The translations under genes and the position numbers were made by a program. The notes below the pieces were generated by a model. That model saw only the letters and a program-made list of their open reading frames with translations. It did no database searches and was not told where the DNA came from. Of a stretch of DNA of 64,000 nt, positions 47,794-58,500 are shown piece after piece (within the stretch, counting starts at the first letter, position 1; every line of letters starts with the position of its first letter). Source of the DNA: Macrostomum lignano (taxonomy: Eukaryota); contig NIVC01002204.1 of the NCBI GenBank assembly GCA_002269645.1, positions 1-64,000 on the forward strand, written 5' to 3'.

Positions 47794-49531
47794 CAATAGA
47801 GATAGGACAAAATGAAATTTTTGAACTGATTCAAATACTGAATAATACCAAATACAAATATTTTGGTAAATAATATGCCCTATCTTGCTACTTATTAATC
47901 ACTTGTCAATGATAGTTAAATAAATTCATTTCTATATTCTAGATACATTGCTACCAAAAAATTATAAATTTGGACTGGCTTTCATTGGTCCTTGAATGTT
48001 CTGTTAATTGTTATATTTTCTTAGAAAAACTACTTATACAAGTGAGCATTTTAGTGGAGCCAAGAATTGCAAGGATTAAACTTATATGGAAATGTCTAGC
48101 TATGCATGTATATGGTATTTGATATATAGCCCTATTCTATTTAGCGGCCTTTGACTAAAGGCTTGCATCTTCTTGTTAAATGAAATGCACCTAGACTAAA
48201 TTCCAACCCTACCCCTCTGAGCTTATACAAATCAGCACCCCAAAATCCATGTTCTATAAACTTAATTCTTAATGCTCCCTTTTCTTAAAGCCTTATTCTC
48301 CTAAAGCCTTAGTATTCAATCTAAGCACAACATACTTTCAAGTCCCTATCAGTCTGCAAAGGCACTAACAGAAAGAAAAATGTCTTGCTAAGAGTTTTAT
48401 AGTCAAAGACATATACCTTTTTTATTAGAGGCAGGGGGGTTGTATGCACCTTGGGGCATTTTAAGCGACGTCAACACACAACTGGCAAGAGGCATTGCAT
48501 TATTGCCCATTCTAACAACTCCCCTAAGCAGGCACACAAGTGTGTAGATAGTATGCAGGCACACACTCATACAGTAGTATATAGCGGCACTAACTTTATT
48601 TTATTGTTAAGCACGTTAGCACCTTGGAGGGTTGGCTCTCAAGGCTGTTAATTGCACAAGTAAAGCAAAGCCAAGATTCCAACTCAGCCCCAAATTAATG
48701 TGACTGCACTTGGAATCGAGCATTCAAGCCTAGCCTAATTGCAGCGCATGGGCATTTTGGCGGATGGCGTCCGGCGCGGATTGGCCTGGCAGCAGCGCGG
48801 CGCATGGCAGCGGCGCGGCGCGCGGTGGCGTGGCGTGTGGCGGCCGCGCGCGGCGGCGTGGCAGGTGCTTTGGCGACTGGCGGCAACAAAGGGCCAGGTC
48901 AATGTCGATTAATGCGAGCCATTGACTGACTAATTGAACCAAATCACTGATCCTGGGGACTGGCCCTGGCGTGGTATGGGTAGATGTCTGGCGCGGGAAA
49001 GGGGGGCGTCTGGCGCGGTTCAAACCTTGGTTGCAATAGGCCCTAGGGGAGCCTAGGTTGCTAGCACATCAGACTCAGAGCCTATGCTAGACCGCTGGCC
49101 TATGGCCCCCCTAGACATATACCTTGGTAATGGTATTTGGTACAAAAATCTTATAATGGTTATAGCTAACTACAGAGTTCTTTTTACTAGCTCATAAGAC
49201 ATTGCAAACCAAATTTTACCAACAAAAAGTACATATAAAGGACTAAACATTTGTATATTTTAAAGACAATAAGTCCAAAAAACAACCAGGAAAAAACTTT
49301 TTAGCTTTTCTGTGATGGTTGTAACTGCACTGCAGTTTTTCAACTTTGAAATCAAATATGTATTGTCCTATGAACTTTCTATTAGAAAAAAAGATTGCAA
49401 GAGCTACAGAAGACCCATTTATAGCAAAAGAAAAAAATTATACCCCGTCCCCAATGACTAACCAAATGCCTAGGAATTACATTATATTTTTTTACTTTTT
49501 TACTTAGGCTATTCATCTTTTATAAAGATTA

Positions 49532-50492
49532 CAGTTGTTTTGGTGACAAGACGTTTCGGTGACAGTCCTTTTGGTGACAAGCAAAAGTCATTTCGGTGAC
49601 AAAGCAAAAGTCATTTTGGTGAAAAGAAAAAATACCCTTTTAAGTGATGGCCATTTTGTTTTTCAACAGAAAATTAGCTTGTAAATCTTAAAGGATATTG
49701 AACCTAGTTTTAAATTATTTGAAAAGGTTAATTAATTTGTACTTTATTTAATTTTGTTTATTTACAACTAAAGAGTTGTGGTCTTTTGAATTGTTTTTCA
49801 ATCCAAACATGTCATGAAAAAAAAGGTAAAAGAGTCAAAAAAGAGCTTACTGGTGTAGCTAAATATATTAAGTCATGAATAGCTAAAACAGTTATGCAAA
49901 CTGAAACAGTTCCATCAGCAGTGTAATAATCTGCTTTTCAGTTGTTTATTCATTTACTGTCTTTTTTAATTTCCTATTTAATTTGTCGTTAATCGTTAGA
50001 CGTTAAGTTCGTTCGAAGTGTGTTTATGCTCGTTTTTCACACTTTGAAATATCTCGTGCTTTCAAAAATACTATATCTTTTTTACAAAAATCGCCTATTA
50101 TTGAGAGAAATCATTAATTATACTCGATATTTGTTATATTGACAAACTAATATTTAACTACCTTTCCTGAATTTCCTGAATCGCATTTTAGAAGAATTGT
50201 TTTGCATTAAGGTCATATATATACGACATAAATTTTTTATTTTTCCCTGCTTAGAATCTTGTTGTTCTGTCGTTAGTCATTAATTGGCTGAAAAAACCAT
50301 AAAAAAATTCTAGACGCTCTTTCAAATACCTTACTTAATACAAATATCGTAACTCGTTTTCAGCAATCGTGTAAAAATTTAACCTTTTGAACAAATACTA
50401 AATACATTGGAAAATACTGGCAACTTGTCACCGAAATGACTATTTGTCACCGAAACGTCTGTCACCAAAACGACTTGTCACCGAAACGACTG
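49532..50492. mobile_element. Non-autonomous DNA element with compound TIRs of TTTCGGTGACAA repeats
   Basis: 4-5 direct copies at the left end, 4 inverted TTGTCACCGAAA copies at the right; termini CAGTTG / CGACTG; family unassigned. Confidence 0.75.
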
Positions 50493-51539
50493 GTACCCTT
50501 TCATAATACTATTTAATAACACATTGAACCAAATTCCTCTCCAAGCTTCTCATTCTCAAGTGTGGCAGTCTTGGTGTGTGGCAGTCTTGGTCCTACACTG
50601 CTAGGCCTATCCTAACCTTTGCTTGCCTTTCTTTCCTTATTTGGCAAGATGTGAAAAAGGCAAGGGGTTCAAAAAGGGACTTAACTTTTAGCTTCCATAA
50701 GTTTACTCTATATAAAGTAATTGAATTTAAACTAGGCACAATTATTTATTGACCTATTTTCTATCTAAATAAAAAATCTCAATCTCAAGTCTGTAATTCC
50801 ATTAGGATAAAAACTATAAGCATGTAAAGTTTGTTTGCTTTTTTGTCTTTGCCATTCATCAAACTTATCCCTTTAGAACAAAGGTTAGAACTTAGATGAT
50901 AGGGTTCAGTGTATAATATAGCAAATATAGAATGTTTTGGAATAACTTCATTTTATGGCCTTATATGCACCTCGATAAAGAGGCTACATTTGATTTTGCT
51001 ATAACAGTTTAGAGCCTAGTGGGGATTGGGGAATTCAAATCATTCTCTACTATATAAGTCTATAGTATAACTTTATGGCAATTTAATAGTAGGCCTAGAT
51101 AGCAAATCAAGGCATAAATTTTTGCAATTAGTTTTGGTTTGTTTAGTTTTTGTAAAAATAAAAGCAAAAAATTAATTAAAGAATGATTAGGCCTATAATA
51201 TAATACAATCTTATTACATCAGTTATACAATAGAAATTTCAACATTAAGTTTAATTTAAAGGTATTTTCTTTAAAGGAATGTATATTTTCTTGGTTTTTA
51301 GACTGCATTGCTGCATACTGCAATGAAGCTAAAGATATACAAATTCTTTCCGGGGCTACAAATTGGCCAGAAAGATAACATGATCAAAGTAGTCAGCAAA
51401 CAGCCAATTGAATGAAACAACCATGACTATCTATGAGAGTACTATATCCCACAAACTGGCTTTTTAAGTAGGGATTAGCAGCCTTTTACCTCATAGCCAA
51501 ATAAAGAATCCAGCTCATGGCTATAAGCCAGATAGATAG

Positions 51540-51890
51540 GAGTGGGAAAAAGGAATAGAGGATTAGAAAATTGAGGAGAGATAAGAGAGAAAAGATAAAA
51601 AAAAGAGATAGAAGAGTAAAAGAGAGAAGAAGTGAGCAAGGAGAAAGAAAGAGGATGGGAGAAAAGAGAAGAGGAGAAAGGGGGGAGAGAAAAAAGCAAG
51701 AGGAGGGAGGAGTAGGGAGAAAAAAAGAGGCAACAAAGAAGCGAATGAAAGTGAATAGAAATGAAAGGGCAAAGATTAAAAAAAGTGAGAAGATAAAAGA
51801 AATAAGAAATTAAAGCAGAGGGTAGAAAGAAGAGAGAAGAGACAAGAGTGAAGAGAAGAAAAAAGAGAGAAAAGAGAAAGGAATAAAGGA
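51540..51890. repeat. Polypurine GA-rich tract
   Basis: A/G low complexity. Confidence 0.85.
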
Positions 51891-52577
51891 TTAACAAACT
51901 AAAGATTATCATGTAAAATTATTAAAATGAAACTATTTTTTGTTTAAATAGAAAGTACTTGCTTAATAGTTATAGGTATAGTTGATTAACAATAGGGCTA
52001 GGCCTATTCACTAAATACTAATGGGCTTATATCTGATTTGGCCAATTCACCCAGCATAAATTAAAGTAAACCATATTTTAGTTGCTTTGGTATCTTTGGT
52101 AAATTTTTACTTTTCTAATAAACTTTTGCAAGGAATTGAATCAATTGATGATTTTTTTTGCTTTTTTAGGTATGTCACAAAACTATATGCATAGTCAATA
52201 TAATTTATAAAATTGCATTTGTATGCCCTTGAAGGTTCTTTTATGAAGTGTATATTTATATATTATTTGCTGGAATATGTAGACATGCATTGAGGTTATA
52301 AACTATTGTAATATTTCCAGAAGGGTTATGCACACTGTGTGACTTCCTAATGGTCAGGAATATACCCTCTCTGTGCCTTGTGGGTTGGCACTCCCTCATG
52401 GTTGGAACTGCATGGAATCAGAATCCATTTTTTGCAGATTAGCTCAGATTTAGTTACCATCTTACTTTAAGAAACATCAATAAAATGTTTTGTTCATGAG
52501 TCTGTATTGGCCAAAATGACCCAATAATCTACAGTAATTATTTTTAATTGATTAATGTTTCAGCCAAACAGATCATT

Positions 52578-55500
52578 ATGAGCACTATTGAGCTCAAGAA
52601 AGACTCGACATCAAACCTGATGCCGCAGCAGCAACAATCAGACGCCGCCACTGACGATGAACCACGTAGAAAGCGGCATCGACCTTCAACTGACATCATG
52701 GCCAGCATTGGCCCCGACAGTTCCATGGCAAATTTAGACGATGATGACAACAAAGCTTCCGGGCCAAAAGACGACACTATTGGCTCGCTGTTATCTCCAA
52801 ACGAAGCCTATTCTAGGAAGCGTAGAACGCCAGGTGCCAGCGAGAAACAGCAACAGTTGGCGCCTGACAATGGCGCCGGAGTAGCGCGTCGGCGCCAGTC
52901 GCGCACACCGGAAGGCGCTGGCGGTGCTAGCGGAGGCAGAGACGGCCGAGCGGAGAGGCGGTTCGCCAAAGCCCAGGAATTGGCCGCTACTGAAGGGAAT
53001 TATGTTCGAATATTGCAGGTAAGATGTCTCAAATGGCGCCAAAATCTTACCCCGTGGCGCCAAATTCTGTCCTGCGCTTCCAAATGTCTCAGATGGCGCT
53101 AAATTATCTTAGATAACGCTAATACTTAACCTGTGGTGCTAAATGTTGGCGCCAACGTCTCTTAAATAGCGCTAAATGTCCCAGTTGGCGCCAAAGTCTC
53201 TTAAATAGCGCTAAATGTCCCAGTTGGCGCCAAAGTCTCTTAAATAGCGCTAAATGTCCCATTTGGCGCCAAAGTCTCTTAAACAGCTCCAAAATCTATT
53301 GTATAGCGCCATATGTCTCAGATACAAGTAGCGCCAAAATCTATCCTGTGCTTCCAAATTTCCGGGTGGCGCTAAAATATCTTAGATAGCGCCAAGATCT
53401 ACCCTGTGGCGCCAAAATCCACCCTGTGGCGCCAAATATCTCAGATGGCGCCAAAATCCACCCTGTGGCGCTAAATATCTCAGACGGCGCCAAAATCCAC
53501 CCTGTGGCGCCAAAATCCACCCTGTGGCGCCAAAATCCACCCTGTGGCGCCGTGTGTCAGATGTCGCTGTAGTATTTTTAATCGCGCCAAACTAGTCTGT
53601 GGCGCTAAATGTCTCAGATAACGCAAAATTTCACGAATCCATCATTCAAGGTAATCGTAGACATTATCCGCGCCGAGGTGGCGGAACTGTTGCCGCCAAA
53701 AGCCGCCGATCTGATATTCACCGGCCTTGCGCCGATCTACGATTTGCATCGCGACATCGAGTCGGATCTGCGAGCCGCATTGGCCAACTGGGACACCGGC
53801 AGCACCACCATAGGCAGCGTGTTTGCTAGCAGAGCGGACAAGCTCAGCCAGCTCTATCCGCCATTTGTTAATTTCTTTGGCCAAGCTAAAGAAGAGCTGG
53901 CTAAATGGGAGAAAAAGTGTTCGAAATTTCGAGCGTATCTTAGGCAGTGCCGGGATAGGCCGGAGTGTCTGAGACAGTCGCTGAGCGATCTGATGATTAG
54001 GCCAGTGCAGCGGCTGCCATCTGTGACGCTTATATTGGCCGACTTGCTCAAGTATACCAGTGAGTTGATTGGGCTTCGATTGGAATGTCGGCTGTTCGGG
54101 ATCTCGGCTTTTCAGGGGTCGGGATCTCGGCTTTTCAGGGGTCGGGATCTCGGCTTTTCAGGGGTCGGGATCTCGGCTTTTCAGGGGTCGGGATCTCGGG
54201 TTTTCAGAGGTCGAGATCCCGGGTTTTGGGAGCGGGATCTCGTTTCTTTCGGTCGGGATCCCGGGTTTTTTGAGGGTCGGGATCTCGGGTTTTCAGGGGT
54301 CGGGATCTCGGCTTTTCAGGGGTCGGGATCTCGGCTTTTTAGAGGTCGAGATCCCGGGTTTTCAGGGGTCGGGATCTCGGCTTTTCAGGGGTCGGGATCT
54401 CGGGTTTTTAGAGGTCGAGATCCCGGGTTTTGGGAGCGGGATCTCGTTTCTTTCGGTCGGGATCCCAGGTTTTTTGGGGGTCGGGATCTCGGCTTTTCAG
54501 GGGTCGGGATCTCGGGTTTTCAGGGGTCGGGATCTCGGCTTTTCAGGGGTTGGGATCTCGGGTTTTTAGAGGTCGAGATCCCGGGTTTTCAGGGGTCGGG
54601 ATCTCGGGTTTTCAGGGGTCGGGATCTCGGGTTTTTAGAGGTCGAGATCCCGGGTTTTCAGGGGTCGGGATCTCGGGTTTTCAGGGGTCGGGATCTCGGG
54701 TTTTCAGAGGTCGAGATCCCGGGTTTTGGGAGCGGGATCTCGTTTCTTTCGGTCGGGATCCCAGGTTTTTTGAGGGTCGGGATCTCGGGTTTTCAGGGGT
54801 CGGGATCTCGGCTTTTCAGGGGTCGGGATCTCGGCTTTTCAGGGGTCGGGATCTCGGGTTTTCAGGGGTCGGGATCTCGGCTTTTCAGGGGTCGGGATCT
54901 CGGGTTTTTAGAGGTCGAGATTCGGGGTGGCCAATAAGCAAGGGACGAATCCTTTAAAATGAAAAGATTTGGGATCTCAGGTTTTCAGGGGTCGGGATCT
55001 CAGGTTTTCAGGGGTCGGGATCTCAGGTTTTTAGGGGTCGGGATCTCGGGTTTTCAGGGGTCGGGATCTCAGGTTTTCAGAGATCAGGATCTTAAGTTTT
55101 CAGGGGTCGGGATCTCAGGTTTTCAGGGGTCGGGATCTCAAGTTTTCAGGGCTCGGGATCTCAAGTTTTTAGGTGTCGGGGATCTCAGGTTTTCAGGGGT
55201 CGGGATCTCAAGTTTTTAGGTGTCGGGGATCTCAGGTTTTCAGGGCTCGGGATCTCAAGTTTTTAGGTGTCGGGGATCTCAGGTTTTCAGGGGTCGGGAT
55301 CTCAAGTTTTTCAGCGATCGGGATCTCGGCTCTTTGGGATCCCAATCTCGTTTTTGAGGAATTTTCGGGATCCCCATACATTCTGATCTCTATCATCCGC
55401 TGCCAATCGGCCTCACAAATACAGGCGAAGACTCGCCAGACTACGTCTGTCTACAGACCGCCTTAGCCTCAGTTCGTCGCGTTCTCGAGCACATCAACGA

Positions 55501-58500
55501 AGAGAAACGAACCACGGACCTACGCGTTGCCCTATTCGACGTTATGAACGAGGTGGAAAATTTCCCGCCATATCTTCTGTCGGCTCATCGGACCATTGTT
55601 GACAGATTCGATGTTGTCGAAGTTGGCTCCTCCGGCACTGGGATTTGCCGGCCCGGTGCCGGCCTGACTCTGTTTTTACTCACCGACTATTTGCTGGTTG
55701 CTAAGCGCCGACAGTCGGTTGCTTCTTCTGCTTCAACGGCCTCGTCTGCTGGAGGCGGAGGCGGCGGCGGAGGTCCAGGATCGTCTAATCGTTATAGGTG
55801 ACTTACCAATAACTCAGAAAGTTTGCATCAGGCAAAATTTTCATAAAATTGTTGCTTAAATAATTTGACATCTTCATCCCTCACAGTAAACAGCTACAAG
55901 TTGCGTTTTAAAGGCAAAAAATCGCCTTAAAAAGACTCGCTTAGAACCCCCTCCAATAGGCTTTCTTAGAAACCGCCCCAAAGATTCTATCTTAGAAATC
56001 GTTCCTAAAACGTTTCTTAGAAATCGCTCTTAAAATGTTTTTATAGAAATCGCACCTAAGATGCTTTCTTAGAAATCGCTTTTAAATGCTTCCTTAGAAA
56101 CAGTTCTTAGGATGCTTTCTTAGAAATCGCCCTCAAACGTTTTTTTATAGAAATCGCTCCTAAGCTGTTTTCTTAGAAATTGGCCCCTAAAATCTTTCTA
56201 AAGAAATCGCTTTAGGGATGCTTTCTTAGAAATCGCCCCTAAAATTAATATTTCCTAGAATCTTTCAAACGGTTTCTTAAAAAACGCCCTTAAAATCTGA
56301 AATCCTTTCTTATAAATCTTGCTTATTCTAGTTCTCTTAGAAATCACCGTTAACAGGGTTCCAGGAAATCTTGTCTTAAGTCTTTCTTAGAAATCGCTCG
56401 TGCAAGTTAAACAAATCACCTCGTATACAGATTTTTAAAAAGTGCCTATAAACGAATTCCTGAAAATCAAAATATACCTCAGCAAATTGTTAAAAACTGT
56501 TTGTTAGGCATCCAAGTCGAAGTTTTAATAATAATCAAGAATTTATTTAATCCCAATGTCCCAGGTCGCCCCGTCCGGGCCCTGGTTCGATCTCGACTCG
56601 AACGCCATCGGCTGCTAAGCCTCTTCGCTATCTGGAGCTGCTGCCATTGAACTCAGTCAGAGCTGTACACGATATTCGCGCTCCGGCTGTCGATCCCGAA
56701 GATCGTAGACGTCTATTCGCCATTGAGTGCCGGCTAGCTGCGTGCGATGACACTGACGATGAGGTGGGTTTGGCTTTTGTGTTGAGTGAGTTTACACCAT
56801 TGCATCATCGCATATTAAGTATTCTGTAATTCTATCAAGCTCTAGAAACCCACCCTACAATCGCCACTAAGTCTACCCTTAAATCTACTCTAGAATCTCG
56901 AATCGCCCCTAAACCCACCCTAGAATCGCCCCTAAACCTACCCTACAAGATCTCTAAACCCACCCTAAAATCGCCCCTAGAATCGCCCCTAAACCCACCC
57001 TAGAATCGACCCTAAACCTACTCTAGAATCGCCCCTAAACCCACCCTAGAATCGCCTCTAAACCCACCCTAGAATCGCCCCTAAACCTACCCTAGAATCG
57101 CCCCTAAACCTACCCTAGAATCGCCCCTAAACCTACCCTAGAATCCCCCTAAAAACACCCTAGAGTCGCCCCTAAACCCACCCTAGAATCGCCCCTAAAC
57201 CCACCCTAGAATCGCCCCTAAACCCACCCTAGAATCGCCTCTAAACCCACCCTAGAATCGACCCTAAACCTACTCTAGAATCGCCCCTAAACCCACCCCA
57301 GAATCGCCCCTAAACCTACCCTAGAATCGCCCTTAAACCCGCCCTAGAATCGCCTCTAGAATCGCTGCTAATCTTCAGGCTAATCCATTTTTCGCACAGA
57401 CGGCGCCTGCCTGTCAATTCTGTTTCGCTCTGGCCGAACCGCTGGTTCTCAGCGGCAGTGGTGGCCCCAATGACGAGCCCTTTGAAGTCGCCGCCAACAG
57501 TTCCACAGTAAACGAAGCATCTACTATCGCGAGCGGCGGAGGTCGCGACAAGTCGTCAATACTTCGCAGTGTATGCGAGCAAATCGGCCGAGTGACCTGC
57601 TGTCCGAATCCGCTCGACCTGCTGCTCAGCCACTCCGATCCGGCCGCGTTTCCTTTAAATCTGGTCGGCATATTCGATCGGCAGAATATGTTAAGCGCCA
57701 AGGCTAGACGATTCGGTCGCCGTGTAGTTACTAGGGTGCTATCGAATCGAACTCCTAGGCGGACTATTTCTCGAGCTTTGTTGGCTGCCGCGACCGCTGC
57801 GGCGCCTTCTGCTTCTACTCAGCAGCAACCGGACAAGCCGTGTCCTGCCATGATGGCTGATGACGGCTTTGAAGGAAATCAGCCAGAGTCACCCATGATG
57901 ACCGTTCGGTCAGCTGCAGCTTTCCCTGATGATGAGGATGCTCACATGGCTGTGAGTTGATAGAGTGCTTGGTGTGCTTCTGCGAATGCTTTGCGGGCGA
58001 TTCTGGGGTGGGTTTAGGGGCGATTCTGGGGTGGGTTTAGGGGCGTTTGTAGAGTGGGTCTAGGGGTGATTCTAGGGTGGGTTTAGGGGTGATTCTAGGG
58101 TGGGTTTAGGGGCGTTTGTAGAGTGGGTTTAGGGGCGGTGCTAGGGTGGGTTTAGGGGCGATTCTAGGGTGGGTTTAGTGGCGATTCTAGGGTGGGTTTA
58201 GGGGCGATTCTAGGGTGGGTTTAGGGGCGATTCTAGGGTGGGTTTAGGGGCGATTCTAGGGTGGGTTTAGAGGCGATTCTAGGATGGGTTTTAAGGGCGA
58301 TTCTAGGGTGGTTTTAGGGGCGATTCTAGGATGGGTTTTAAGGGCGATTCTAGGGTGGGTTTAGTGGCGATTCTAGGGTGAGTTTAGGGGCCATTCTAGG
58401 GTGGGTTTAGGGGCGATTCTAGGATGGGTTTTAAGGGTGATTCTAGGGTGGGTTTAGGGGCGATTCTAGAGTGGATCTAGGGGCGTTTGTAGAGTGGGTT

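Noticed and set aside
48700-49090. GC-rich island with Ala/Arg-rich ORFs
   Set aside because: Low-complexity GGCGC repeats, probably a TE end; no convincing TIR/TSD or protein motif
51475-51912. Hydrophobic or charged ORFs in the GA tract (also 23575-24087)
   Set aside because: Polypurine low-complexity translations
53609-54937. 442-aa ORF as a stand-alone protein
   Set aside because: It is ECT2 exon 2 plus read-through into the intron satellite; a strong GTGAGT donor at 54060 restores the DH domain with exon 3
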